Notes under the pieces: model-generated
The model's input: the letters and a program-made list of their open reading frames with translations, nothing else
What the model was told of the DNA's origin: nothing
Database searches by the model: none
Position numbers and translations under genes: made by a program
Origin: Heteronotia binoei
Taxonomy: Eukaryota
Direction of reading: 5' to 3'
DNA length: 64,000 nucleotides
NCBI RefSeq assembly: GCF_032191835.1
Contig: NC_083229.1
Coordinates: forward strand, 107,260,001 to 107,324,000
Shown here: positions 1 to 12,913 of the stretch, piece after piece
Layout of the letters: each line of letters starts with the position of its first letter
Numbering within the stretch: the first letter of the stretch is position 1

Positions 1-869
1 TTTTGGAATTGCACTCACCATCCAATGTCAGAATGCCAAAACTGCCCACTGGCTAAAAAGGGTTTGGATCCCTGAACTAAGCCATGGTTTCTTGGGAACA
101 AAGGGATAAAGCCAATCCCAGCTAGAGGTGCTGAATCTAACAGCTTGTCCTTTGTGAGAAAAGCTTTGTTCTCTTTAGTCTGTGCTGTTCCTCAGAAGAG
201 CCAGCCCTACCAGTCATCAAAATGTATAATCATAACAAACTAAGAGAATGTTTGTGCAATTCCAGTGGTGAGTGAAATTCCAATGGCGAGTGCAATTCCA
301 AAATGTCTGCCCAGAAGAGGTGGAGCCAGCCACAAAAATCTCACAGAATAAGGTCACACATAACTCTAATAGTAACTCTCTTCAGCGTTTCAGGTAGAAA
401 CTCTGTTTAACAGGATGTCTTTTTAAATGAACATACACTACTTCAAGGCATGTTCAAAAAAGTTTACAACAATTGCACACCTAAAGACTCATTAAAAGGG
501 CTTCAATTGGATGGTAAAATTACAATCTTAAAGATTAATACTAGCTGTGCTATAGACCTCAATAAATGTTCCTGGGGCCGAATGAGAGGGAAGGAAACAT
601 ACTCATCTTTCTGAAATCTCCTCTCCTCTTGCTATTCATTTCAAATGTAGACTCTTCCTATGTATGCCCAAACTGTGCTGCTTTCCAGATACCTTTAACC
701 TCACTGTAGGATCAAAGGTCTAAAATGCTTACGTTAAAGCAAATGAATCTGTCTGAGAGGCTAAGCACACATTCTTTGATAAAAAGCTACACATTATGGG
801 CCCAACCCAGTCTAGCAGAGACAGAGGCATCAGCTGATGTTCATTCATTAGATTGTTGGTTCATTCATT

Positions 870-925
870 TTTTAATTTTTATTCAGCCCTCCCCAAAGTG
901 GGCTCAGGGTGGATCACAACAAACA
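870..925 (-). mobile_element. L2-type 3' tail remnant
   Basis: The reverse complement GTGATCCACCCTGAGCCCACTTTGGGGAGGGCTGAATAAAAA resembles the tail at 39350-39400. Confidence 0.65.
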
Positions 926-1109
926 AATCAGAATTCATTACAATAAATTACACTGCATTAAGCTAAAACCATTAAAACAATAAAATCACAGGTAGCAGAA
1001 TTTCAGAACGACCCATTAAGGCCACCTAGATGGAATTGATAAATGCTTCAACAGATTGGGAATTAGAGCAGGAAGGCTTTTCTCCCCAGTAGGAACCCAT
1101 AGAAGCTTA

Positions 1110-1282
1110 CACTGTTCTCATCTCCTGCTTTTTATCTCCACAACAACCCTCTGAGGTAGGTTAGGCTGAGTGTGTGTCACTGGCCCAAGGTTACCCAGCA
1201 AGCTTTCATGGCAGAGTGGGGGATTTGAACTTGAGTATCCCAGATTCTAGTCTGACATACACTAACCACTACACCAGGCTGG
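1110..1282 (-). mobile_element. MIR/Squam3-like CORE SINE, diverged
   Basis: CAACCCTCTGAGGTAGG...CCCAAGGTTACCCAGC...GGATTTGAAC (reverse B box)...AACCACTACACC (reverse A box). Confidence 0.8.
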
Positions 1283-1829
1283 TTCCATTAGGTTTGAGAT
1301 CCTCCACACTCTGGCACGGGCATGCAGATGAATGCGTCGGCATTGCTTCAGGAAACTGAAACGTGAGCATACTTCCCAGATCCCTAGCTAGCACATCAAT
1401 GTAAACAAGAAAAAAAAATCCCAAATAAAACTCCAGTAACAAAAACCACTTGAACCGTCACACACTAATATAAAACCAACAAACGACTGGGCAGAACAAA
1501 AACAGTGTTTGCTGCCTCCTAAAATACCAGTGTTGTGGACCTGATAAGCTTCCTTTGGAAGAAAATGCCACAAAATAAAGGTCATCAATGAAATGACACT
1601 TTTCCCAGTGGATGACAACTTTGCGCCTTCGATGGCAGTTGCACCAACAATAGACTACAGCTAGAATTCAAAATTGAGGAAGGAGAAGGAGAGGAAATGC
1701 CTTTTACCTAAGCCCTTAAAACCAAAACTAGCATCTTGAATTTAGCCCAGAATTTAATAGGAAGCCAGCTGAACTCTTGCAGAATCAATGATACACATTC
1801 TCAGCAGACAAAAAATGTGTGACTGCGTT

Positions 1830-2035
1830 CGGTGGACCAGATGAATATTCCGAACTTTGAAGGCAGTTCCAGGTGCAATGCAATACAGCAGTCAAGTCGA
1901 GAAGTTACCAAAGTGTGTGATACAATGGGAAGATACTTGTTATCCAGAAAGGGATACCACCTAAGCAGATAACCAGTCCTCGTAGGGCTATTGTGGAAAA
2001 AGGAAAGAGGAAGTACTAGCACAACAAAACCAGAC
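1830..2035 (-). mobile_element. Degenerate L2 ORF2 fragment
   Basis: The minus frame gives HTLVTSRLDCCIALHLELP, matching L2 HATVTSRLDYCNALYMGLP. Confidence 0.7.
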
Positions 2036-2159
2036 ATTGCAGGTCAAGCCACCAACAGCTGTGATTGACTGAATTAAGGAAAGTCCACCCCCCCCCCAAA
2101 AAAAAAACAAAAAAAATCTGCACAGATCTAAATAATAAATAGTTCAAAATTATATAAGC

Positions 2160-2450
2160 GCCCATTCTGCAGTCAACTGCACTGGCTGCACATTAGTTAT
2201 CAGGTTCAATTCAAAATACTATCATAGACAAAGCCCTGCATGGCCTTGGAATGTCGTATCTTCAAGGCTGCCTTTCCTCCTATGTTCCAGCACACCTGTT
2301 CAGGGCCTTCTGCCAACTGCCACCTGTGAACAGCCAAGGTCAACAACTTCCTGTACACATACTTTCTCTGAAGAGGCCAGAAAGGCTCCCACACTTTTGT
2401 CAGTTTATAAACTATATACACCAAACCTGTTCAGCTGAGTTTTTCTATTA
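2160..2450 (+). mobile_element. Degenerate L2 ORF2 C-terminal fragment
   Basis: CTGCACTGGCTG...CAGGTTCAATTCAAAATACT...AAAGCCCTGCATGGCCTTGG matches the LHWLP...VQYKVL...KALYG region. Confidence 0.7.
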
Positions 2451-3789
2451 AGGTAATAGGGTAATAGTCAGTAATAGACTCGGTGCTGCACAGGGAACCA
2501 GGGCAACACTGTAACAGGTTGGTTCAAGAAGAGACTTTAAATAGGGAAAGAGACTACAGAAACTGTCCCCTGTATATAGGACTTACTATCTATTTGTTGC
2601 ACGTATTGTCCTTTTGCTGCCGCAGTGTTCTCTAGGGATGTAAAACCATTTTTCTGTATTGTATCTGTACTCTGGGTAATCTCTAATAGGCTACAGTTCT
2701 AGTATATGACTTACTAGATGTCTCTTCATATTGACTGCATGGACTTTCTCAGTGAGAAAGTAAATAAGTAAAACAAATAAAGTAAATAAAACATCTGGGA
2801 AAGTAGATGGGCCTCAAGTCTCCAAGCACAGTGCCTGCTTATTAATAGTAAGGACTTCTTAGGCACTACATCCCATACTACTACACTGGGACCCAGCAAG
2901 GTTTAATTACACACTAACAAGATTAAACCAAGTGTTCTCCAATGAACATTTTCAGTAAAAGGAGGATTTTGAGTGTCTCCCCCTCTCCAACATTCTTCAG
3001 ATTTACTTTTTTGGTGCCTGTTATCTAGAATCTGCCAACACGGGCATGTAAGCCTATCTATCATTCTACTGCCTTCCTCCAGTCTAAGGTATGATATATA
3101 TCATTCTAAGATGCTGCTTCTGCACCATTCTGCTTTCCCCTGTACCTCTTATCCTTCTGTGAGCTGTAATCTCAGACAATCAAGCAGATGATATGACAAA
3201 ACTGATTGGTTTTGTGAGGGTAGGAAGCAGTGCCCATACTCTGACAGAAAGACTTTTGTTACTTGCTCGGGTAACCTCTCTAGATTAGACAAATGGGGGA
3301 CCTGAAAAAGTTGTCGCATCCTTTTTTGCCCCATCACTGCCTTCTCCAATCCCCCCTCCCCCCAATGAACGTTTCCTTTCTGCACCCTAGCGGTTTCTAT
3401 TGCTCATCCCACCCTCAAAACCCTTCTCCATGGGCTTTGTTCCTTCACCCACATGCCAATCAGCCAGTCTGCTGCCTCTCTCTCACCCTCCCTACTGCCT
3501 TGCCTGTTCACTTTCTTCCTCACCAGGCCACCCATGGTCTGGGCTGCTGCCTGCCTGCTCATTCAAGAGCCAGCCCACTCACAGCACTGCTCCCTCTGCC
3601 TGCCTGCCTGACATGGCCACTCCTCATCCATTTGGCTCCCACACCTCCTCCCTCTTTCCTCCTACCAGCCAGAACCACTGTCCTCTAGCTGCTTCAGCTA
3701 TCTGCTCTGTTTAAGTAGCAAGGGCTGCACAGGGGTTTCCTTAAATGCGTAGAAATTTCTTCCTTCTTTGTACATGGCCCCAAACTCTG

Positions 3790-4990
3790 GATTTAAAGAT
3801 CCAAAGTTGTGGCCATGCTGAACGTTAGACATAATCATTACTTAATGCGGGGCTCACTTTGAAAACTGTTTCAGAAACTTGAATTGGTCCAAAACCAATA
3901 CACGGACTGCTGAATAATGCTGTTAATCAAGGGTCCGCCAACACGGTCCTGTCTAAGGACCTATGTCATCATGAAAATTATGCAAACTGACAGAAATTAG
4001 CGTCAAAATGCCATTATTACTGTCAGATTAAATTAAATTATATAATTTTAATTATATTGACTGGTTTTTAAAGGATGTTAAATTTAAAGTTTATATGGTT
4101 AAATTTAAAGTTTTTATATTTATTATTGTATGTTTATGAAATGCTGTTAGCCGCCCTGAGCCTGCCTAGGCGGGGAGGGTGGGATACAAATAAAATTTTA
4201 CTTACTTACTTACAAAACGCAACAGTTGGGTTATTGTTGGAGACTGGATACAAGGATTGTATTATGCCTGTACTGAAAGATCTGTGCTGGTTGCCTGTTT
4301 GTTTCTGAGCACAATTCAAAGTGCTGGTTCCTACCTTTAAGGTTCTAAATCAGGGGAGTCAAACTCATTTGTTATGAGGGTTGGATCTGACATAAATGAG
4401 ACCTTGTCGGGTCAGGCCAGGCTGTGTAAGGCCAGGTCATCTGTGTACCTATTTAAGATTAGCTAGCAGAGATACAAACTTTTAAAAGGACATATGACTA
4501 AAGGTGTTTTTTTTTTTTAAAAAAAACCCTTAAAATAAAGCATGCTTAAAACATTAGCACTTGTTGGTCTTAAAGGTGCTTTCTTTGTATTTCTCCCATG
4601 GGATCCAGGGAAATGGGAAAAGGAAACTCTAGCTCTTTCCCTCCCTCCAGGGGACCAGGAGGGGGAGGAGCCTCAACCAATGGAGAAAATGAAGATTTTG
4701 CTCTGTAGCTCCTGTGCGATTGAGCAAGCCTTGTAAAGCAAGCTGAGATGCAAAAGGAAGCAAGAGAGAGGGAGAAGGAAGCAGACAAGAGCCAGTTGCT
4801 CAGGGGCCTGATAGGAGTTCTCTAGGGGCCTGATTCAGCCCCCGGGATGCATATTTGGCACCCCTGCTCTAAATGGATTGGGGCTGGGATACCTGAAGGA
4901 CTGTATCCTTCTGTACCGTCTATCCCACCAGTTAAGATAGTCTTCTTAGGATCTTATCTGCGTCCTTGACTGCAGAGGTGACATGAAGTG
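3790..4990 (+). mobile_element. Old L2 C-terminal fragment interrupted by a younger L2 tail (about 3990-4212) and a hAT MITE
   Basis: Collinear pieces: GLTLKTV...LVQN (about 3850-3900), LKDLCWLPVCF...CAATTCAAAGTGCTG (4213-4350) and GGATTGGGGCTGGGATACCTGAAGG (after 4867). Tail AGCCGCCCTGAGCC...GGGAGGGTGGGATACAAAT plus (TTAC)n at 4145-4212. Confidence 0.7.
4351..4866 (+). mobile_element. hAT-type non-autonomous element, CAGGGGTGTCAAA TIR family
   Basis: TIRs CAGGGGAGTCAAAC / ATTTGGCACCCCTG. 8-bp TSD TTCTAAAT / CTCTAAAT (7/8). Confidence 0.85.
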
Positions 4991-5317
4991 GGTATAAGTT
5001 TGTCAGCTTCCTGGGTCCAGATCTCCCAGAACTACAATTCATCTCCTGACTGCAGAGACCTGTTAACCTGGAGCATATGGCTGCCTTAGAGTATGGACTG
5101 CATAGCAGAGACCCCCTCCCCAACATCATCCTTCTCAGGCTCCATCTCTAAATATCCAGGATTTCCCAACTCAGAGTGGACAATCCAGATGGGTGGCAAC
5201 TAGAGATCAGTGGTGGCACTTCCCTTTTTGAATACGCTGTTCCTTGAGGCTCAGCTAGTGCCTACCTTAATATCCTGCAGGCACTCCTCTGTACTTAAAT
5301 TTGTAACCAAAGGCTTC

Positions 5318-5763
5318 AGTGGTGAGGGGTCTGGAGACCAAGTCCTATGAAGAAAGGTTGAAGGGGCTGGGCCTATTTAGGTTGAAGAGGAGGTGGCTGA
5401 GAGGTGATATGATCACCATCTTCAAGAACTTGAAAGGCTGTCATATAGAGGATGGTGCAGAATTGTTTTCTGCGGCCCCAGAAGGTAGGACCAGAACCAG
5501 TGGGTTGAAATTAAATCAAAGAGTTTCTAGCTCAACATTAGGAAGAACTTCCTGACCATTAGAGTGGTTCCTCAGTGGAACAAGCTTCCTCAGGAGGTGG
5601 TGGGCTTTCCTTCCTTAGAGGTTTTTAAACAGAGGTTTGATGGCCATCTGACAGCAATGAAAATTCTGTGAATTTAGGGGGAGGTATTTGTGAGTTTCCT
5701 GCATTGTGCAGGGGGTTAGACTAGATGATTCTGGAGATCCCTTCCAACTCCATGATTCTATGA
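5318..5763 (+). mobile_element. CR1 3' fragment, same subfamily as 11571-12550
   Basis: Closely similar to about 12094-12550 (VRGLETKSYEERLK...). Tail CCTTCCAACTCCATGATTCTATGA. Confidence 0.92.
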
Positions 5764-6624
5764 AATTTTAATGGTTTGCTCCAAGGCTGATGGCTGTCTT
5801 ATGGATCTAGTAATTTCAGGCAGCTTAATGTTGGTTTTATAATTTGTTCTAATTTTACCCATAATTTTGCAGTGATTGCTTTTATGATTTTTATGGTATT
5901 TGTTTCTACTTGGTGAGCCACCCCAAGTCGGTCTGTGGAGAGGAAGCATATATATTCTCTAAATAAATAAATAAAAGCTGCCCAGGCTCTTCCTTTAAAA
6001 AAATCTCTACACTCAAAACTCGCAGTCTTTTCAGCTCAGTCCAACACACCATCATTGTTCTTTGTCCAAACGGTTCTGTTAGCCTTTAAAGAGATGAAGG
6101 AAGAAGGCAGAACAAACACAAGCATAAAGCAATCTGCGGTTTGTTCCTCTAGCCCTTGGCTGCTGACCAGATCTCTTGAGTGATGACGCTGGCCCTCCGT
6201 TATTTAGAAATTCTGGAAGCAGAAGTGTGGGAACTTTGTTCTGTTGTTTACAATTGAAGCCTTGTATTTATTCATTCATTTTAGCTTCTTAAGACTCCGT
6301 CACCCCGCCACGCTCCAGCACAGAGAAATAAGACTATTAAATCATGATACCTATTGCTATATCTAAATTAGCTATGATTCTCCTTCTTGACACACGACAA
6401 CAACATTGCAAATGTAGTATTTTGAGGCATTCTGTTCTTCACAAGAGGCAGGGCGGCCGATTGCCCTCAGGCAATATTTACACACACACACACACCCAGC
6501 ACTGATCAAAAACAAATATCCAAAACAAAACAGATCACTTTGTTTTCTGTTACTGTGAACAGAATAATAATTATTACCCAGGAATAGGCCCCAACGAATT
6601 AAATGAGGCCTCTGTCTCTCTCAA

Positions 6625-7190
6625 ACTGAACACTGGCTGCTGGTTGAGTTCTGGTCAGATTCAAGGATCTGATTATGACTTTTAAGGCCTTGAGCGGTCT
6701 GGGACCAATGTTTCTATGGGATCACCTCCTCCACTATGTTCCTTGAAGGGTGTTATGCTCCGCTGGTCGAAACATGCTGCTGATCCCTGGCCCTAAAGAA
6801 GTCCTGGCCCCGACCTGGTGAAACGCTCTGGCAGAAGACACCAGGGCCCTGTGGGATCTTGTACAGTTTTGCAGGACCTGTAAGGCAGAGATGTTCCATC
6901 AAGTCTTTGCATAAGGACAGCAATGGCTGCCATGCAGTCACCTTTTTATCTCTACTCCCACTGGCGGGGATTCCCCCACCCTCCGATGTAACGACTGGGA
7001 ATTGAACAATAGCACTTTAAATGAGGCGCCATCGGGGTTTATAATTTCTTTTAATGTAACTGGTTTTATTGATTTTAATGAATGTATTTTATTCTTGTGT
7101 TGTACATCGCCCAGAGCCTGACACTGGCCAGGACGGGGCAGTGCATTAAGTTGAATAAATAATGATGATGATGATGATGATGATGATAGT
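6625..7190 (+). mobile_element. L2 3' fragment with (ATG)n tail
   Basis: CACTGGCTG...CAGATTCAAGG...TTTAAGGCCTTG, a 3' UTR and tail CGCCCAGAGCC...GGGGCAG, then (ATG)n at about 7162-7188. Confidence 0.75.
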
Positions 7191-7211
7191 AAACTGTCTG
7201 AGCAATAGGGT

Positions 7212-8177
7212 TGTCAGGACTCATAGCCGACAGCAGGGGCAAAGCCACCAGAACCCCCTAGCCTTGCTACAAAAAAATGAGGCTCAGGTGCTCATTACCA
7301 GCCCTCCGGCTTCACCCCTGGCCTTGGAAATCAGGAGGCTAAGATTTAGAGCAGTTTCAGGAGAGGATGGAACACATCTCCTGGCCAGACGCCATCTGCT
7401 TGCTGAAGATGAGTAGATGCAGCTGGCTACAATAGGGCCTGTCTGTCAAGAGTCATATATTCCTCTTGCCATGAACTGTGTCTGTTGTTCTGTTGTGTTT
7501 TCTGAATAGCTTTGTTGTAAGCATGCAGTTTGCTTGCCTCCCCTACCCCTCTGTCTCACGCTTATCTATGAAACTTATTAGTCAAGCCGCTTCTACCAGC
7601 CCTCAAGGCCAGACACTGAAAAAGAAAGTATCGAGTTGGCATCTGCCTCAGGACTATGGGTGGGAAGGGAACCCGCCAGAATATCTCCCGCCCTGCGTTC
7701 CTGCCTTAATTCAAAGTTGTAACGGTAGTGATAAGGTAAAAATGGAGAGTCTGAGGTGTCTTGTCTCTAAGTTGTCACTGGAATAAACTTGTCTATAAGA
7801 ATGGATTGTGGGATTCCTTGAACCTCTGGGGAGCCTGACACTGTATGCAGATGGATATAAAAAGTCAGTCTAAGTAGCATCCTGTGTGGAAGCAACAAGT
7901 CAATGTGGTAGACTTTGTAACCACAGCTCCTGAATCTTGTGACCTCAGTGCTGACTTCAGATTCTGATTTCAGCTTGTGATGTAGGCTTTTGCTCTGAGT
8001 ACCTGACCTGCGTATGACCTCTGGATTTTCTGACAACGTTCATGAGCTCATCCTCTCTAGCAACCTGAACTCTTGGCTTGTTGACGTCTTGGACTGCTCT
8101 CTGGACTTTGCTTGAAATACTGGTGCGTGCCATGCTTATGTGTGTGACTAGCGCATGACAGATTATTTGGTGTGACA
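7212..8177 (+). mobile_element. Possible older LTR that hosts the 7444-7840 solo LTR
   Basis: Starts TGTCAGGAC. A GGATATAAAAAG TATA-like box follows the inner LTR, then CTGGA(C/T)TTT sub-repeats, and TGACA ends at 8160 or 8177. No TSD and no poly(A) signal were found. Confidence 0.4.
7444..7840 (+). mobile_element. Solo LTR, probably Gypsy-type
   Basis: 397 bp with TGTCA...TGACA inverted termini and AATAAA about 55 nt before the end. Flanks CTGTC / CTGTA form a 5-bp TSD with one mismatch. Confidence 0.7.
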
Positions 8178-8810
8178 TTGGTTAGTTCTGTTGGGTTTGC
8201 ACTGCTGCCGTATTGGTACTGGGTTCTGGTACTGGGTACTATTGCACTGGTTCTGCTGTCCTTCCAACCCCCTTCCCCTGGATTGTGATTCTGTGCTTGA
8301 CATCAGACCTGCTGAACTGGCATTTGCCACATTAGCACTGGGTTCTGATGCTGGGCACTAGTACATTGCACTGGTTCTGATGTCATTGCAGAAATACCGC
8401 CCCTCCCCCCCCCCCAGTTTCTACTTCAGAGTTCCTCACATTTGACCTTAGACCTATTGGGATTTTGGCACTACCACAGTGGTATTGGTTCTGCTGCTGG
8501 CCTTGCAAACATGCCCCTTCCTCACACTTCAGTTTCTACTGCAGAGATTCTCTGGGACAATCTGCTGGAAACAATGGAAGGTGAACTATTTCTCTCCCAC
8601 TGGAAACAATGGAAGTGCCTATAAAATTGGGTGCCCATAAAATTGGACTCATGGTCAAATCTTTTTGAATCCTGTGGGTTCTTTTGGGGAGAGGCTTTAG
8701 CACTTCTGCCTCAAACCCCACCCTGAGACCACTGAATATACCCCTAGGAGATGTGCCATTAACTATAATGGTCCCATGGAGTATAATGGACCTGAATATA
8801 TTTGGTATTC

Positions 8811-8902
8811 CTGAATATTTTCCAATATTTCTGAATATTTTCCAATATTTCTGAATATTTTCCAATATTTCTGAATATTTTCCAATATTCCTGAATATTT
8901 TT
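8811..8902. repeat. 20-bp minisatellite (CTGAATATTTTCCAATATTT) x about 4.5
   Basis: Read directly; near-perfect tandem units with no spacers. Confidence 0.95.
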
Positions 8903-9051
8903 CACAACTGAATACCATACTGATGTTGGTATTCTGGAATATTGGTATTTATGCCAATTAAGGTATGAAATTGAAATTGGAATATTGGTAAATACTGATA
9001 TTTTGGGGGTCCAAAATACCCAAATTAAAAAAAACACTATTTTTTTTTTCT

Positions 9052-9330
9052 TGCTGGAACACAGTACTGCATTCTGAGCTCTCTGCTCACAACCTAAGTT
9101 CAATCCTGGTGGAAGCTGGGTTCAGGTAGCCAGCTCAAGATTGACTCAGCCTTTCATCCTTCCCAGGTCAGTAAAATGAATCCCCAGCTTGCTGGGGGAA
9201 AGTGGAGATGACTGGGGAAGGCAATAGCAAACCACCCCGTCAAAACTTTGCCGTGAAAACGTCATGATACGACGTCACCCCAGAGTTAGAAACGACTGGT
9301 GCTTGCACAGGGGACTACCTTTACCTTTTA
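9052..9330 (+). mobile_element. Sauria SINE (Squam1), 5' part eroded
   Basis: GGTTCAGGTAGCCAGCTCAAGATTGACTCAGCCTTTCATCCTTCC...GGGGAAGGCAATAGCAAACCACCCCG...CACAGGGGACTACCTTTACCTTT. Confidence 0.9.
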
Positions 9331-10269
9331 GCTTTAAACCAGTAGATAATAGTTGATTCAGTGCATTAATTATGTAGCATGTGATATAAACTGATATGAA
9401 GGCATTCACCTGAAGTATTCTCTATTCCACGTTTATAACCTCTAATACAGGTTAATACTGATCTCTGTTCATGTACACCATAAAGATATAAAGATCACCA
9501 CATCACTACTTTGATAGCTTCTTGGGGAAAACAAAACTTTTCTGTTCTACTAACTCACCAGCCAGGGTAGAGATGAGAAGGAATGAGATGGGAGGGGGGA
9601 CCGACACAGAAGAATTAGATGATAGGGGAAAGAGAAACGAAGGCATTGGTTGATGAGCTTAGGAACAACCCACAATAGGAACATGTTTCCCTCAACTTCA
9701 TTGTTTTAAATGTTTGTAGTCACACAGAGAGCCTTCTCTGAAAATCGCTGCTAAAAAGGGCAGCAAACCAGCAGCAACCAAGAAGTCACTGCTCTGCCTC
9801 TGCCCCTAGTGGCTGCAGTGAAGAACTGCACAGAAAGTTAAAAAAAGGAATGCAAGATGTTTCTAGTTTCATCTGGCCCTCAAGCAGACATGTCTCCTAG
9901 GAATGTATACCCCCAGTCCCCGCCTTGGTGGCCAGGCCATGGTCCCTTCTTCATAATTTTATTTTTAAAAGAAAGGGAGAAAACAAAGCAGGCTACTATA
10001 GACAGCAAGAAGAAAGCAGAAGTTCTAACCACAGCAGTAGGGAACTTTAAAGTTTTTTTCCTCCCAGTCTTCCCCCTGAATCACAGGAACCTGCCTTACA
10101 CACGAGATCAGTTTTCCACATACTCTCTTCCTTCCAGCTCTTTCAAATAAAGAATAGAGAAACATTCTGGAAAACACATACAAGCCCTTATTCTGATCTA
10201 CTTGAAAATGAACAGTCTATCTTTAAAATGTAATTTGCTGATAAATCCAGCCCCACTCTGCCATGAAAC

Positions 10270-10722
10270 TAGGGCTGCCAATCCCCAGGTGGGGGCAGGG
10301 GATCTCCTGGTTTGGAGGCCTTCCCCCTACTTCAGGGTCATCAAAAAGCATGGGGGGTGTCTGCTGGATGCTCCATGATCTGTGGGTATCTGGGGCTCGG
10401 GGGTCTGTTTTTTTTGAGGCAGAGGCACCAAATTTTCAGCATAGTATCTGGTGCATCTCCTCAAGACACCCCCCAAGTTTCAAAGAGATTGGACCAGGGG
10501 GTCCAATTCTATGAGCCCCAAAAGGAGATATCCCTATCCTTCATTATTCCAAATGGAGGGAAGGCATTTAAAAAGGGTGCAGTCCCTTTAAATGTGATGG
10601 CTAGAACTCATTTCAGAGTTCAATCATGCTTGTCATATGCTTGCTCCCAGCTCCACCCCCAAAGTCTCTTGGCTCCGCCCCAAAGTCCACAGATATTGCT
10701 TGAGTCAGACCTAGCAACCCTA
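10270..10722. mobile_element. hAT-type MITE, TAGGGTTGCCA TIR family
   Basis: Termini TAGGGCTGCCA / TAGCAACCCTA. Perfect 8-bp TSD CATGAAAC. Internally similar to 30278-30779 and, inverted, to 39662-40340. Confidence 0.9.
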
Positions 10723-11570
10723 CATGAAACCCCCTGGGTGATTTGGGGCCCATTATGTTGTCTAACCCTAGCCTTCATCACAGGGCTGCTGTGTGGACAA
10801 AATGGAGAACAGGGGATTGATGCATGTCCCCCCTGAGGTACCTAGCAGAAGGGAGGGAAAATATACTAAGAAATAAAATGGTTATGCTGGCTTTTCCCAG
10901 TCTGCTACTAAAAGGCAACTAGACTTCCACAAATAATTGCAGATGTTGTAAATTTATTTATTTACTTAATATACTATTTAATTTACTTTCCTCTGATGTG
11001 CACAATAGATTACATTCAGCAAATCAATAAAATCCATATGAAGAGACATCTAATAAGCAGTGTGGTCCAAGGGAAGGGCATTCTGTCAGCATTCCTAGCA
11101 TCCTTGCTGCAAACACACCTGTGACATTCCCGGATCAAAAGAGGGCTCTAACTGCCTGTAATCAGGGTACAATCCACGTCTTGCGTTTTTCCTTCCATTG
11201 CCCAAATAAGAAGCACGACACTAGAGAGCGGCTGGCAACACCTCGGTGGAGAGAACGGCTGACATGCATTGAACCCACTCAAAATGATGAGCTAATTAAC
11301 ATTCTACGGTCTTTCCCAGCAACTGGAGGTCTATTTTTAGATCATTACAAGCCACCAGGGGAATCACCAGATACACTTTCCTTTATTTATTCTTCTCTTT
11401 TAATAAGCTGATAAATAACCCAGTTCAGTTGATAAACTCCTTTTGGTCTCTTTCAGATCTTTTTTGCTCTGTGCAAATTAAAACACACACACATTTTGCT
11501 GTTGTAAATGTGCAAAGTTAAGCAATGCTCTTGACCCAGCTACAGTTGGTGTAGTGCTATAGTGGTTAAG

Positions 11571-12550
11571 ACCTGTTTTGTTCAATATCTTTATCAATGA
11601 TTTGGATGAAGGAATAGAGGGAATGCTTATTAAATTTGCAGATGATACTAAATTGGGAGGGGTTGCAAAGACAAAAAAAGACAGAAACAGGATACAGGGT
11701 GACCTTGACAGGTTGGAAAACTGGGCTAAAATCAATAAAATGAATTTTAACAGGGATAAATGTAAAGTTCTGCATTTAGGTAGGAAAAATCCAATGCATG
11801 GTTATAGGATGGGGGAGACTTGTCTTAGCAGTAGTATGTACGAAAAGGATCTAGGGGTCTTAGTGGATCATAAGCTGAACATGAGTCAACAGTGTGATGT
11901 GGTGGCTAAAAAGGCAAAGGCAAATTTGAGCTGTATCAACAGAAGTATAGTGTCCAGATCATGTGATGTGATGGTATCGCTTTACTCTGCTCTGGTAAGA
12001 CCTCACCTGGAGTATTGTGTTCAGTTTTGGGCACCACATTTTAAGAAGGATATAGACAAGCTGGAACGGGTCCAGAGGAGGGCGACGAAGATGGTGAGAG
12101 GTCTGGAGACCAAGTCCTATGAGGAAAGGTTGAAGGAGCTGGGGATGTTTAGCTTGGAGAGGAGGCGGCTGAGAGGTGATATGATGACCATCTTCAAGTA
12201 CTTGAGGGGTTGTCATATAGAGGATGGTGTGGAATTGTTTTCTGTGGCCCCGGAAGGTAGGACCAGAACCAATGGGTTGAAATTAAATCAAAAGAGTTTC
12301 TGGCTCAACATTAGGAAGAACTTCCTGACTGTTAGAGCCATTCCTCAGCGGAACAGGCTTCCTCAGGAGGTGGTGGGTTCTCTTTCCTTGGAAGTTCTCC
12401 TTCCTTGGAGGTTTTTAAACAGAGGCTAGATGGCCATCTGACAGCAATGAAGATCCTGTGAATTTAGGGGGAAGTGTTTGTGAGTTTCCTGCATTGTGCA
12501 GGGGGTTGGACTTGATGACCCTAGAGGTCCCTTCCAACTCTATGATTCTA
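11571..12550 (+). mobile_element. CR1 LINE, 5'-truncated
   Basis: The 283-aa ORF LFNIFINDLDEG...KFADDTKL...[13 protein letters not shown] is the CR1 RT C-terminal half. It ends in the CR1 tail CCTTCCAACTCTATGATTCTA. Confidence 0.95.
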
Positions 12551-12753
12551 AGTGTGCAGACTCTTATCTGGGAGAATCAGGTTTGATTCCCCACTCCTCC
12601 ACTTGCAGCTGCTGGAATGATCTCAGGTCAGCCATAGCTTTCACAGGAGTTGTCCTTGAAAGGGCAGCTGCTGTAAAAACTCTCTCAGTCCCACCTATCT
12701 CACAAGGTGTCTGTTGGCTGGGGGGGGGGGAAGGTAGAGGAGATTGTGACCTC

Positions 12754-12913
12754 CACTTTTTTTGTTTTTAGTAGGAACAGAGAATACGCAAATAATTTCC
12801 TGCTGGGCTTTTTCTGCAAAAAAAAAAGCCCTGTGTGAAACAATGGCGATGTCAGGGGTGTGGCCTAATATGCAAATGAGTTCCTGCTGGGCTTTTTCTG
12901 CAAAAAAACCCCT
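12754..12913. mobile_element. hAT-type MITE, CAGGGCTTTTT family, degenerate
   Basis: Contains GTGTGGCCTAATATGCAAATGAGTTCCTGC and ends AAAAAAACCCCTG. Flanks GTGACCTC / GTGACCGC (7/8). Confidence 0.7.

Noticed and set aside
8536-9103. CRISPR-like array or repeat-protein ORFs
   Set aside because: Tandem units have no spacers, the context is eukaryotic, and the ORFs are just translations of the minisatellite.
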